Shown: positions 19,004-28,541 of the stretch, one piece after another | How the letters are laid out: every line of letters begins with the position of its first letter | How positions within the stretch are numbered: position 1 is the first letter of the stretch | IMG/VR virus record: IMGVR_UViG_3300029305_001143 | Source of the DNA: an uncultured virus (IMG/VR IMGVR_UViG_3300029305_001143) | Lineage: Duplodnaviria; Heunggongvirae; Uroviricota; Caudoviricetes | Strand: one strand, 5' to 3' | Length of the DNA stretch: 60,299 bases | The notes under the pieces: generated by a model | Databases searched by the model: none | Told to the model about the DNA's origin: nothing | What the model saw: the letters and a program-made list of their open reading frames with translations, nothing else | Position numbers and translations under genes: made by a program

Positions 19004-19188
19004 AGTCAGCCCTCCTTACTAGGCCACTTAGGACACATCTTAGTACCCTTATAGTTCGCCCATGATGTAGGCAGAGGATAGAATATCTCCTTGAGCTCCT
19101 TGGTCAGCTGAGCACGATAGCATGTCTTCGGACACTTCTTAGGATCATAATCAGCACAGTGAGTAGCATCATGATTCATACTATCACC

Positions 19189-19422
19189 TCACAGCTTATG
19201 GAACTCATCTTCAAGAGCTCTGATCTCAGCATCAACTACCTCGACTAATTTCTTGATGATAGGCTCATCATGGATAGGTACACTATTCACTACATCCAGA
19301 CTATCTGGTTTGACACATCTGAGGATTCTACCTTTGGAGTTCATTAGGACTCCTCGGAGATCCATCAGATGGTTGATCTCAACACGGAGATCAGTAGCTT
19401 TGCTATAAGTTTCAAGAGTCAT
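19189..19422 (-). CDS. Hypothetical protein
   Basis: 77 aa, GGAGG RBS. Confidence 0.7.
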   Translation of the reverse strand: MTLETYSKATDLRVEINHLMDLRGVLMNSKGRILRCVKPDSLDVVNSVPIHDEPIIKKLVEVVDAEIRALEDEFHKL

Positions 19423-19866
19423 TTAGTAGTCCTCCTTATATGTAACGCAAGGAGTATCTCCATACTTCATAGCATAGAGGAGTCCTTTGTATTTCTTGTA
19501 CTTGACAGCATGAGGATACTCTTCACACATCTGCTGGAAGATAGCTTCAGGATCTCCCATCCATCTATGAGCTCTTGCATCGAACTGTAATCCATACTTC
19601 TGGATAATGGCTTCACGATCAGAGGATTTAATAGGGATAGGCTGTCTGCCTTGGAGCATCCTCTCGATATTGAAGATATCAGCAGCAGATACCTTCTCAT
19701 TGTGGATCATACTAGGAATGATCTTCTTCCTAACCTCGAGAGGACCAGCATACTTCTCGGAGTTATAGACTCTACCATCGAGAGTATACTTGCTATGGGG
19801 ATTAGCATTGAGAGAATTCTCTCTAGCTTGAGTAGCTTTAGCGGATTTGATAGACAAAGAGATCAC
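19423..19866 (-). CDS. Hypothetical protein
   Basis: 147 aa after tandem class I and class II promoters. Confidence 0.65.
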   Translation of the reverse strand: MISLSIKSAKATQARENSLNANPHSKYTLDGRVYNSEKYAGPLEVRKKIIPSMIHNEKVSAADIFNIERMLQGRQPIPIKSSDREAIIQKYGLQFDARAHRWMGDPEAIFQQMCEEYPHAVKYKKYKGLLYAMKYGDTPCVTYKEDY

Positions 19867-19874
19867 CTCACATT

Positions 19875-19905
19875 ATAAGTAACGTGACAGAGTCAATGAT
19901 TGAGC
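19875..19905 (-). promoter_or_regulatory. Class II promoter
   Basis: GCTCA-N16-CGTTACTTAT. Confidence 0.65.
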
Positions 19906-19932
19906 TTCCTATATAATATAAAGGGATCCACC

Positions 19933-19970
19933 CTTACATCATTATAATTCGTGACATAAGAGTGGATCCC
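19933..19970 (-). promoter_or_regulatory. Class I promoter inside an inverted repeat (19921-19972)
   Basis: AGGGAT-N14-CGAATTATAATGATGTAAG. Confidence 0.8.
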
Positions 19971-19999
19971 TTCCTAGACTGTATTAAATTTAGATGAAT

Positions 20000-20791
20000 T
20001 TACTCAGCTACTACAGTGTACCAAGTCTCTCCATTATCCTGGGTCTCAGAGATGACAGTGTATCCCTCAGCAACGAAACTGACAGTACCTCCAGGCTCTG
20101 TCTCGCTAGCAGCAGGATTGTAGTCAACGAAGGTACCACCCTTGACAGTGATAGTACTTTCAGTCTTATCGTGCTTGTTCAGAGTCCACTTAGGAGTAGC
20201 ACATCTGAAGAATCCTCCATTGATCTCTAGGTTACTACCATTCTTGATGTAGATTAGATCCATGTGAGAAGGGTCATCAGTAGCAGTAGCTCCCTCGTTA
20301 GTGAAGGTACCACCATTAATAATTACATTACCTCCATCTGCCCAGATAGCCATGTTGTACTCATTCTTACCTGCACCATTGATGTATCCATCTCCGCTGA
20401 TAGTCATAGTACCTCCAGTTACATGGAAGACACCATCACCTACAGTATCCTCAGCGATAGTTAGTCTCTTACCATTTAGATCCAGAGCAACATCCTTATC
20501 GATGACAGCAGCAGTCTCCATATTCATACTAGCAGGTAGGATGATATCTCCTCCCTCACTCAGTGCAGATAATAGCTCTCGCACTAAGTTAGCATTCTTG
20601 AGATCTGCTAGCTCCTTCTCTACTGAAGCTAACTTAGTCTCCAGTACAGTGTTGCATACGTGATCGTCATTGATATTAGGCAGAGCAGACTTAGCCTTCG
20701 CCTCATTCTTGATACGCTCTACTACATTAAGTTCTCTTGGGTCTCTTTCCTTGATGTAGACTACTTCGCCATTATTATAATCATAGCTCAT
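20000..20791 (-). CDS. Beta-helix (pectin-lyase-like) repeat protein, possible virion decoration or adhesin
   Basis: LDLNGK, repeated (I/V)xGG(T/F)F, FVDYNPA, FVAEGYTV. Confidence 0.6.
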   Translation of the reverse strand: MSYDYNNGEVVYIKERDPRELNVVERIKNEAKAKSALPNINDDHVCNTVLETKLASVEKELADLKNANLVRELLSALSEGGDIILPASMNMETAAVIDKDVALDLNGKRLTIAEDTVGDGVFHVTGGTMTISGDGYINGAGKNEYNMAIWADGGNVIINGGTFTNEGATATDDPSHMDLIYIKNGSNLEINGGFFRCATPKWTLNKHDKTESTITVKGGTFVDYNPAASETEPGGTVSFVAEGYTVISETQDNGETWYTVVAE

Positions 20792-20813
20792 ATTACATAC
20801 CTCCTATAATATA

Positions 20814-20860
20814 ATAGTCCTCCACTAAGGACATATTCTATCCATAAAGTGGAGGACTAT
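20814..20860 (-). terminator. Inverted repeat, possible terminator
   Basis: ATAGTCCTCCACT...AGTGGAGGACTAT. Confidence 0.55.
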
Positions 20861-20891
20861 CTTCTATAGTAGATACTGAATCACTATGATA

Positions 20892-21083
20892 CTATTCTTC
20901 CATGTCTCTTTCTTTGAGGCACAGAGCAATGTCACAGATCTTGACATCACCTACTACAATCTGATTGACACAGAGAGCACAACCACAGAGATGATATCCT
21001 ACTGACCTTACACCTGAGCACTCAGTAGGGCATTCATCTCCAGGACCTACCTTACACTCGAAGAACTTACAATTCTTAATCAT
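20892..21083 (-). CDS. Small Cys-rich protein
   Basis: 63 aa, overlaps the upstream stop. Confidence 0.55.
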   Translation of the reverse strand: MIKNCKFFECKVGPGDECPTECSGVRSVGYHLCGCALCVNQIVVGDVKICDIALCLKERDMEE

Positions 21084-21402
21084 CTTCAGTCACCACAGCC
21101 AGACAGTAAGGACATACCTTCCACTCATCAGGATCACCACCGAAGAAGGTACCACATTTATGACAGCAGTACATACCCATCTCCACACGATAGATCTTAG
21201 TAGTGCCATAATGCTTCTGGAGATTGAGGAGTGCTAGTACCTTATCCGTAGCTTCCCTAGTCTCAGTGAGGATGATATCATTCTTCTCAGTAGTCCACCA
21301 CTCACCATTGATGTCGATGTACTCTACAGAGTCACCGATCACTTTAAGACTATCAGCTACGTAGAGGATAGACTTACCATTGACAATAGCATAGTTGTAC
21401 AT
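21076..21402 (-). CDS. Hypothetical protein with C-terminal zinc ribbon
   Basis: CHKC...CPYC. Confidence 0.7.
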   Translation of the reverse strand: MYNYAIVNGKSILYVADSLKVIGDSVEYIDINGEWWTTEKNDIILTETREATDKVLALLNLQKHYGTTKIYRVEMGMYCCHKCGTFFGGDPDEWKVCPYCLAVVTEDD

Positions 21403-21414
21403 AATATTACCTCC

Positions 21415-21765
21415 TCAATATCTAGTGTGGGCGAAGTAAGCGATCTCTTCGAGAGCAGCATTCAAGACATTCTCCCAAGAGGACTGCCAGCTATGCTCGA
21501 GTACCTCAGTAGCGAAGTATCCTTCGATCATATTATCCTGAGGAGTACGAGCAGTGATGAAGCTGTCATCGTCCATATCAAGAGCATCCATGAGACGGAG
21601 GGAGAAGCAGTTGTCCTTCTCTTCACAGTAGTCCAGATAAGACCACTGGATAGATACCAGATAGCTACCGAAGGACTTAATACTCCAAGTCCAGTTAGAA
21701 TCCTTCTCGTTGATCTCCTTGACCTTATTACGAATCAGATCCTCATAATCTCTAAAGTTCTTCAT
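21415..21765 (-). CDS. Hypothetical early protein, paralogue of 22144..22485
   Basis: Colinear similarity over the full length. Confidence 0.8.
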   Translation of the reverse strand: MKNFRDYEDLIRNKVKEINEKDSNWTWSIKSFGSYLVSIQWSYLDYCEEKDNCFSLRLMDALDMDDDSFITARTPQDNMIEGYFATEVLEHSWQSSWENVLNAALEEIAYFAHTRY

Positions 21766-21791
21766 AGTTAATTTCCTCCTTATTGGGGTTG

Positions 21792-21829
21792 CTTACATTA
21801 TTATAATTCGTGATAAGATCTATAATCCC
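21792..21829 (-). promoter_or_regulatory. Class I promoter
   Basis: AGGGAT-N14-CGAATTATAATAATGTAAG. Confidence 0.8.
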
Positions 21830-21830
21830 T

Positions 21831-22130
21831 TCAATAAAGATAGTAAGTTAAAAATTCCAAGATCTCATCACTAGGGATATCTTCAGGATAGATATAAGCT
21901 TTGCATCTGAAGAATGCTTCACTATGGTCATATGACTCCTCCACAAGATCTTCTTCCAGAGCTACCTCACATACGAGGATCTCATCATAGCCACGGATAC
22001 GAAGGAACTTGGTAGCATCGACAGGGTCAGTGGTCAGATAGACATATCCATCCTGACCTCTGAGGATACCTTTCTCGATGATAGAAGGTAGATTCTCATA
22101 AGGAGTAGCATGATAATAAGTCTTAGTCAT
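21831..22130 (-). CDS. ADP-ribosyltransferase-fold (Tpt1/KptA-like) small protein
   Basis: YYHAT...NLPSIIEKGI...YVYLT; start at MTKTYY. Confidence 0.6.
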   Translation of the reverse strand: MTKTYYHATPYENLPSIIEKGILRGQDGYVYLTTDPVDATKFLRIRGYDEILVCEVALEEDLVEESYDHSEAFFRCKAYIYPEDIPSDEILEFLTYYLY

Positions 22131-22143
22131 AGCTCTACCTCCC

Positions 22144-22485
22144 TTAATAAACGTCGTGAGCATAGCTAGCCAACTCGCAGATAGATCTAATGATGGCGTC
22201 CTCCCAGGACTCTTGCAGGCTCCAGGCTACTTCATCAGACACGAAGTGACCTTCGATCATATTATCATGAGGATCTCTACAGGTGATGAAGTATTCACCG
22301 AAGTCGATAGGAGGAGCTAGACGAAGGAGGAAGCAGTCATTCCTCTCCCACTTCAGATAGCTCCAATAGATACATACTCGATACTCATCGATGGATCTCA
22401 CAGACCAGTTGTAGTCAGGATCCTGCTCATTGATCTCGGAGACACACTCACGGATGAGAGTCTCATAGTCCTTAAAGGTCTTCAT
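22144..22485 (-). CDS. Hypothetical early protein, paralogue of 21415..21765
   Basis: Colinear similarity over the full length. Confidence 0.8.
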   Translation of the reverse strand: MKTFKDYETLIRECVSEINEQDPDYNWSVRSIDEYRVCIYWSYLKWERNDCFLLRLAPPIDFGEYFITCRDPHDNMIEGHFVSDEVAWSLQESWEDAIIRSICELASYAHDVY

Positions 22486-22522
22486 AGTTAATTTCTCCTT
22501 TAAAGTAGATTAGGGATTCACC

Positions 22523-22560
22523 ATTACATTATTATAATTCGTGATAGTAGTAAGAATCCC
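22523..22560 (-). promoter_or_regulatory. Class I promoter
   Basis: AGGGAT-N14-CGAATTATAATAATGTAAT; downstream leader nearly identical to that of the 14881 copy. Confidence 0.8.
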
Positions 22561-22588
22561 TCCTAATATAAAAGAAAAGAGGGTGAAA

Positions 22589-23068
22589 TTAATCACCCTC
22601 TCTATACTGCACATCACAGTCTACATATTGTCTGAGGTCTCCTCGGAGGATCACATCTTCAGTGAGCTTGAGAGTATGACCGAGTCTCGTAGACTGGTAA
22701 TGCTCATCCTCGTCATTCACCTCATAGTTACTACCGAGATGATACTCCTTACAGATCTTATCGACTGCCTGAGGATTATTCAGCTTCTTGTCCAGATAGA
22801 TGATAGACTTCCGACTAGTCTTGTCGAATACTACACGACCTCTAGGGAAGTCATCATACTCGTAATTCTTCAGCTTAGGGTAGGATCTACAGAGTGCCTT
22901 CCACAGATCCCAGTGAGAAGAGTAGTTAATGAATCCACCATACTCATCTCCATCAGAGAGCTTGACACTATTGGAGAGTAGATTGTCTCCTACCATATAG
23001 AAGGCACCTACATCAGACTCATTCAGTCTACTCTCCTGCAGCTTATGCACGATAGTCTCGATACTCAA
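22589..23068 (-). CDS. Putative internal head protein (leader MSIETIVHKLQESRLNES)
   Basis: TTG start at 23068 after GGAGGA; body contains H..LW...EYDDFPRGRVVFD...DEHY. Confidence 0.6.
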   Translation of the reverse strand: MSIETIVHKLQESRLNESDVGAFYMVGDNLLSNSVKLSDGDEYGGFINYSSHWDLWKALCRSYPKLKNYEYDDFPRGRVVFDKTSRKSIIYLDKKLNNPQAVDKICKEYHLGSNYEVNDEDEHYQSTRLGHTLKLTEDVILRGDLRQYVDCDVQYREGD

Positions 23069-23069
23069 C

Positions 23070-23357
23070 TTAATCCTCCTTAGCTGCTTTCTCGATAGCT
23101 CGATTGATCTTCTTGATAACATTGTAGTACTCAGGATGCTTACCAGAGATATTCACCAGATTCATGAAGTTCTCATCAGCCAGCAGACCCTTCAGAGTCT
23201 CATAGAATCCACAGTACCAGTTAGCAGCCTTGTAAGCTTCCAGAGCAGCCTTACCTGCATCATTCAGATAAGCAGGAGAGATATCCATCAGCTTAGCGAT
23301 TTCCTTATCCAGGATGGACTCAAGGTCCTTAACATTCTCCATCATCAACATAATCAT
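23070..23357 (-). CDS. Hypothetical protein
   Basis: 95 aa, AAGGAGG RBS. Confidence 0.7.
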   Translation of the reverse strand: MIMLMMENVKDLESILDKEIAKLMDISPAYLNDAGKAALEAYKAANWYCGFYETLKGLLADENFMNLVNISGKHPEYYNVIKKINRAIEKAAKED

Positions 23358-23370
23358 TACCTCCTTATAA

Positions 23371-23595
23371 TTAACCCATCACAATGATGTTCTGCATCTC
23401 GATCATAGCGGGGATCTCATCCTTGGTGAGCCCGTCAGCCTTACATGCATTCAGCAAATCCACGATGGTGAAGAAGCTCTCAGCATCGTAATTACGGTAG
23501 AAGTGGTTGATGGTCTCTCGGATCTTCTGATTGATCTTATCCAGAGTCTCCTGAGTCATCTTACTGAAGCCATAGTACTTAGTCATAGTTAACAT
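23371..23595 (-). CDS. Hypothetical early protein
   Basis: Follows a class I promoter; start probably MTKYY. Confidence 0.65.
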   Translation of the reverse strand: MLTMTKYYGFSKMTQETLDKINQKIRETINHFYRNYDAESFFTIVDLLNACKADGLTKDEIPAMIEMQNIIVMG

Positions 23596-23625
23596 CTCCT
23601 TAGTTATTATGGTGTTTCTTTCACC

Positions 23626-23663
23626 CTTACATTATTATAATTCGTGACTAGTACTATAATCCC
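23626..23663 (-). promoter_or_regulatory. Class I promoter
   Basis: AGGGAT-N14-CGAATTATAATAATGTAAG. Confidence 0.8.
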
Positions 23664-23671
23664 TCTCTAAT

Positions 23672-24292
23672 TTAGAAATAATTTTCGAATATTTCGTCTA
23701 GCATTTCTTTCCTATCTTCCAGACTGTCAGGGAGTAGGATGACTCCTGGATGTGAGAAAAACTCCTTATCGAACAGAGAAAGCTCCAGTGATCTTCTATT
23801 GATAAGGGACATAGGTCTGAATCCATCCTGCTCTACTTCATCAGAGAATGGTCTAGTAAAGAACATCTTAGGATCATGATTCAGGAAGTCATCGATACAT
23901 CTACGCACATAGGCTGCAGCCTTACGATACTCATACCTGATATTAGAATCATCCAGATAAGGAGCTACATTCATGTACATGTAGATGTTGATATCGATAG
24001 GACATCTGTCAAAGATGAGGATATCAGTACGAGTATCTGAGCTCCAGAGTACATCATTGAACTTCCTAGCAGTATCCTTGTGTAGCTGGATGATGTCTAA
24101 CGGATCTCCCTGGAGCAGATCAGCGAAGCTCTCATACTTAGAGCTATACTTCTCATCGAACATAGTTCTAATGAATTCTTCATAGAAATGGACATAGTCC
24201 CAGCAGTAACCTTTCTGCTTGACTATGTCCTTGATATATTCTAATATAGTTGTCTTACCTGTGCATGCTGCACCTGATACTGTTATAATCAT
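23672..24292 (-). CDS. P-loop nucleotide kinase (AAA_28/dNMP kinase-like)
   Basis: IITVSGAACTGKTT, E..R, LIFDRCPID, EQDGFR. Confidence 0.75.
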   Translation of the reverse strand: MIITVSGAACTGKTTILEYIKDIVKQKGYCWDYVHFYEEFIRTMFDEKYSSKYESFADLLQGDPLDIIQLHKDTARKFNDVLWSSDTRTDILIFDRCPIDINIYMYMNVAPYLDDSNIRYEYRKAAAYVRRCIDDFLNHDPKMFFTRPFSDEVEQDGFRPMSLINRRSLELSLFDKEFFSHPGVILLPDSLEDRKEMLDEIFENYF

Positions 24293-24309
24293 ACTTCTCC
24301 TCCTACAGG

Positions 24310-24492
24310 TCAATATCTATCTTCTAGTTGTCTGATGAGGAGCTCTACTTCCTCATCACTGAGTTCATTAATGAGTGCTTGTAATCTTGCATGACTATCA
24401 TCGATCAGCTTAGTCCTGCCATGTATGTGGCAGACGTACTGATTCTTCCATTCATGCTTAGTCATGGAAGTACCACATACACATCTCTTCAT
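24310..24492 (-). CDS. Small hypothetical protein
   Basis: 60 aa, coupled to the upstream stop. Confidence 0.55.
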   Translation of the reverse strand: MKRCVCGTSMTKHEWKNQYVCHIHGRTKLIDDSHARLQALINELSDEEVELLIRQLEDRY

Positions 24493-24749
24493 CAGTCATC
24501 CTCTCCCTCGCATGGTCTGAATACATACCTAGGATTATCTGGGATGACACACTTATCGAATACGTATCTTCTAACTCTAGCTGGACGATGAAAGTGATCC
24601 CAGTACTTATGACCTTCATCGATACCGAAGTACCTACGTACCTCATCATCAGATAATGCAAAGTTAGGTTCGATGATAGCTTCCAGAGTACATCCTGTCT
24701 TCAGGTAGGTACCTTCTTTCTTATCATAAATATCATACAGCATAGGCAC
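24492..24749 (-). CDS. Hypothetical protein
   Basis: 85 aa. Confidence 0.6.
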   Translation of the reverse strand: MPMLYDIYDKKEGTYLKTGCTLEAIIEPNFALSDDEVRRYFGIDEGHKYWDHFHRPARVRRYVFDKCVIPDNPRYVFRPCEGEDD

Positions 24750-25208
24750 CTCTCAATAGGCAATCTTATTAATAGAGATAACATGATAACCAGAATCATG
24801 ACATCTGCGAGCGAACATCAGAGCATCATTGAAGTCATCTCTGATAGCAGTACATACTTGCTCACTCAAGCTAGCACTACCTACGATTACATAGACTACT
24901 ACATACATTTAAGTTGCCTCCTCAATTCTATCGATCGCAGTGATACGGATATCCTTATCATGAATCCACTCCTCAGCTTCTTGCTGAGTATTGAACTTGA
25001 CACAGTAAGGTCCCTTTTCCTCCACCATATAAGTAATGTAGATCTTAGTGGTCATTATACATTACCTCCTCAATATGGATGATCTTGTTAGGATCTCCAG
25101 GGAACTTCTCCCTAGCTTCCTCAGGAGTGTTAGCTCTGACATACTTATCAGTACGGATGCTATTGAACCTGTAGATGATCCTGAATAATTTCATTAGTAA
25201 TTACCTCC

Positions 25209-25592
25209 TCAGAAATTCACAGGCTCACCGAGATCCAGCTTGTACATGATATTCTTCTCACCAGTCACCATATCTTTGATCTCAATGTTACCAGCAGGAG
25301 GATCCTTACGGATCTTAGCATACTCACGCTCAGCCTCAGCTCCATCGTCAGCATGGATCCAGATACCTTCTTCAACATAATGATAACGATACCGCTTGAT
25401 CCCTCTACGCTTAGTGATAGCTCCTGCGACCTGCTGTTCCAGATCCTTCTTGATATCGATCAGATACTGGGAGATACCACGAGCATCCAGATAGCCTATA
25501 TGATCACCAGGAACCTCACCGATCAGATTGATATACTTCTTGAGCTCCTCGATACGAGCCAGCTTACCATCAACAGAGTTATAGTTATACAT
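25209..25592 (-). CDS. Hypothetical early protein
   Basis: 127 aa after a class I promoter. Confidence 0.75.
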   Translation of the reverse strand: MYNYNSVDGKLARIEELKKYINLIGEVPGDHIGYLDARGISQYLIDIKKDLEQQVAGAITKRRGIKRYRYHYVEEGIWIHADDGAEAEREYAKIRKDPPAGNIEIKDMVTGEKNIMYKLDLGEPVNF

Positions 25593-25634
25593 AGTTCATT
25601 CTCCTTCAAGTTAAATTCTCATTAGGGACTTACC

Positions 25635-25672
25635 CTTACATTATTATAATTCGTGATAGGAGTATGAATCCC
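25635..25672 (-). promoter_or_regulatory. Class I promoter
   Basis: AGGGAT-N14-CGAATTATAATAATGTAAG. Confidence 0.8.
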
Positions 25673-25686
25673 TCCCTAGTAGAGGA

Positions 25687-26403
25687 TTAATTTAGCTTTT
25701 TAGTCTCACCTAATCTCTTGTGAGTCTGGAAGCTATTGCCATCCTCATATCCCTTATCATAGTAGCTACGATCAGTGAAGTTACCAGCACCGAGTCCGAA
25801 GTCTACCTTATTGAGATTGATCTTGAAATCCTGAGCTTCCTGAGGTACTACGAGTACCAATCCCCACTCCTGATTCTTCTCTTTCTGAGCTTCGAGTGCA
25901 TCCTTGAGTCCATCCAGATAGCCATCGATGTATCCAGTCTTCAGAGGATTGAAGTACTTAGCAGGGAGATAGTCGAGGTCATACTCCTGACATGCCTCAC
26001 GATACACTCGATTGTATCCTTTGATGATATATGTATTAGCTGCATGGAGCACTTCCTCTGCGATATCCACATCATCCTTGAGTCCCATGAAGCAGATGTA
26101 GTGAGACTGAGTACCATGAGGAGTAGAGATATAATTAATACAACAGAAGTTACGAGCGATGACTGCAGCCAGATCATTCAGATAATGGTCAGAGGATCTG
26201 GTGGTATACTTCAGAGTAGTCTTCCTCTGCACACACTCCTGCTTCTTAGCATCCTCAGGACTAACCTCACCAGCTTCGATCTTATACCGAGCCATAAGCT
26301 CCTGAGCTTTCTGGAGAGCAGAGTAGGATTCAGCCTCAGAGGGATTGTCAGCAGACAGAGCCAGGAGCTTACGGATCTTATCCTTGATATTCTCGATACT
26401 CAT
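25687..26403 (-). CDS. DUF2786-domain protein
   Basis: KIRKLLALS....EAE...ALQKAQELMARYKI; F.G...D; Y..GY. Confidence 0.8.
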   Translation of the reverse strand: MSIENIKDKIRKLLALSADNPSEAESYSALQKAQELMARYKIEAGEVSPEDAKKQECVQRKTTLKYTTRSSDHYLNDLAAVIARNFCCINYISTPHGTQSHYICFMGLKDDVDIAEEVLHAANTYIIKGYNRVYREACQEYDLDYLPAKYFNPLKTGYIDGYLDGLKDALEAQKEKNQEWGLVLVVPQEAQDFKINLNKVDFGLGAGNFTDRSYYDKGYEDGNSFQTHKRLGETKKLN

Positions 26404-26417
26404 TATCTCATCCTCCC

Positions 26418-27008
26418 TCACATCACTCGGTAGCAGTGACCATTGTAGTTGATGTAGTAAGCAGTATGGTGGCCATCACGAGAGTAGTTCTTATTGATGC
26501 CGATCTTATCACGAGAGACTCGCTGATATCCGAGCTTACGCTTCAGGTACTTGACTGCGATATCCTTGGTAGCCTCACTAGTGATACTATCGGAGGTGAT
26601 GATGCTATGCTTGTAGTAACGATCACGATGGAGATTCTGGATAGTGACTGCCTCTTCCTCAGTCTCGACATACCAGTCATTGCTGATCTCATAGAAGGTT
26701 CTTTCACAGATGACATCGAGAGCACTCATCCACACGATACTGCCACGGATGTAAGCATCCTTAGCAGGATGATTCCAACGACCGATACGGAGCACCATAG
26801 TGTAGCCGTGCCATCTGTCACGCTCTCCCCAGAGCTTAGAGGACTCATGCTCAATCCAGATACGGATGAGCTCATCTCCCTTATAGAGATCAACCTTAGC
26901 GACCTCGCCCTGAGAGCCACCCAGAGACTGAGTGTTAATCATATAGCCTTCTTCGAGATAAGCCTGGACATAGAGACTGAATTCCTTGTTGATTTCGTGA
27001 TACTTCAT
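26418..27008 (-). CDS. Hypothetical early protein
   Basis: 196 aa, GY.IN..S.GGSQGE.AKVDL. Confidence 0.8.
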   Translation of the reverse strand: MKYHEINKEFSLYVQAYLEEGYMINTQSLGGSQGEVAKVDLYKGDELIRIWIEHESSKLWGERDRWHGYTMVLRIGRWNHPAKDAYIRGSIVWMSALDVICERTFYEISNDWYVETEEEAVTIQNLHRDRYYKHSIITSDSITSEATKDIAVKYLKRKLGYQRVSRDKIGINKNYSRDGHHTAYYINYNGHCYRVM

Positions 27009-27045
27009 AGTTATTTCCTCCTTTAGAGAGGGAGTTTCCTTCTCC

Positions 27046-27083
27046 CTTACATCTATATAATTCGGTATAAGTATAGAAATCCC
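27046..27083 (-). promoter_or_regulatory. Class I promoter; its -35 overlaps a terminator-like hairpin (27078-27112)
   Basis: AGGGAT-N14-CGAATTATATAGATGTAAG. Confidence 0.75.
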
Positions 27084-27129
27084 TCCCTTAATTTATCGTA
27101 AAGGGAGGGATTTTATTAGATATATTTAA

Positions 27130-28470
27130 TTAGAACTTCTTGAACAGAGTGATGTATCCATACTGATTCTGATAGACGAACTGTCCCATACCTGGAACCT
27201 CTACTAAGATATTATATCCTCTTCCAGGCATGTGCACTGTCTTGATATCCTCACGATCCATGTCATGGAAGATCTCCATGACATCTCCTGCACCTCCATC
27301 ATCCTCAGAGATCATGTAAACATTATCATAATCTCCACCTAGCAACTCACAGGGAATATCTAATTCCTCAGTACCATCTCTCTCTTGACTGAATAGATCT
27401 AATCCACCATAGTCCCTGAGTAACTGAGAGATAGGATACATCTGACTCTTCAGATACTCTAAGCTACCTGCGATATCTTCATCATCAGCTAAGTAGTTAT
27501 CATTCTTATTGACCTTGACTCCTGCATCTTCCGTAACTTGACCAGACTGCTCTCCATAGATAGCAGAGATACTATCATTGAAGATATAAGCAGAAATCTC
27601 ATTATCCTTAATGACCTTGTGTCCCTCTAAGTCATATACTTGGAATCCTCCGAATGTAGAGACAGGGGATGATCCTGCTAACTTCTTATCGAAGAATGCA
27701 TAAGCAGGACCTCTATCATCTTTCATGCAAGTGAAGATATGGTAAGGATCATTACCTAGAGTCTTCATGATCTTGTTAAAGACAGACATACTACCGAAAT
27801 ACTCGATGATATCTGACTTACTACTACGGAACATAGGATCTTCGAAGTACATGACGTCACTAGCATTTAGGATAGCAGGCTTGCTGCTATCAGACTCTTC
27901 CAGACTCTTAGACTCCTGCAGATCTGAACCCTGTAGCTTAGCTACTAGCTTCAATCTAGAATTCTCAGGGATATAGTAGACTGAATTACCCCACTCGTAA
28001 GCCTTCAAGAACTTACCAAGAGGAGAGATGATCTTAATATAATGTCTAGAAGGAATATGAGGGAAGTCTTGGTCAGCTCCGTACTTCACATCTACACTAC
28101 TACCTCCTGTGATTTCTTCTAAGTTATTATAGAGGTAGACTTCAGCTTCATCACTAATGATATCAAGATCATAGACAGCACTCTCACGATCCATGATGTA
28201 GATGGTAGAGTCCTCGAAGAAGTTCTTCAGCTCTTCCAGGAAATCAGGATCCTCGTCATAGTCAGCAGGACTATCTACTAGATCTCTATAATACTGGTCA
28301 TGTCCCTGCTCCTTCAGAGACTGCAAGAAGTTCACAATCTCTTCTCTATGCTGATCGAGATCTTCAGACTCCTGTAGTCCCTTAGTTACCTTGTATCCAG
28401 CACTTTCCAGGATACTCTTAGCTAACTCAATTTGTCTATTCTCATGTAACTTGTTGACAATTTCTTTCAT
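27130..28470 (-). CDS. Putative multi-module internal head protein
   Basis: Leader MKEIVNKLHENRQIELAKSILESAGYKVTKGLQES; internal LQESKSLEES and VTED. Confidence 0.6.
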   Translation of the reverse strand: MKEIVNKLHENRQIELAKSILESAGYKVTKGLQESEDLDQHREEIVNFLQSLKEQGHDQYYRDLVDSPADYDEDPDFLEELKNFFEDSTIYIMDRESAVYDLDIISDEAEVYLYNNLEEITGGSSVDVKYGADQDFPHIPSRHYIKIISPLGKFLKAYEWGNSVYYIPENSRLKLVAKLQGSDLQESKSLEESDSSKPAILNASDVMYFEDPMFRSSKSDIIEYFGSMSVFNKIMKTLGNDPYHIFTCMKDDRGPAYAFFDKKLAGSSPVSTFGGFQVYDLEGHKVIKDNEISAYIFNDSISAIYGEQSGQVTEDAGVKVNKNDNYLADDEDIAGSLEYLKSQMYPISQLLRDYGGLDLFSQERDGTEELDIPCELLGGDYDNVYMISEDDGGAGDVMEIFHDMDREDIKTVHMPGRGYNILVEVPGMGQFVYQNQYGYITLFKKF

Positions 28471-28500
28471 AGTTGACTCTCCTTATTATTACTGGAGTTG

Positions 28501-28538
28501 CTTACATTATTATAATTCGTGGTATTATCTATGATCAC
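28501..28538 (-). promoter_or_regulatory. Class I promoter (-35 variant)
   Basis: AGTGAT-N14-CGAATTATAATAATGTAAG. Confidence 0.75.
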
Positions 28539-28541
28539 TTC

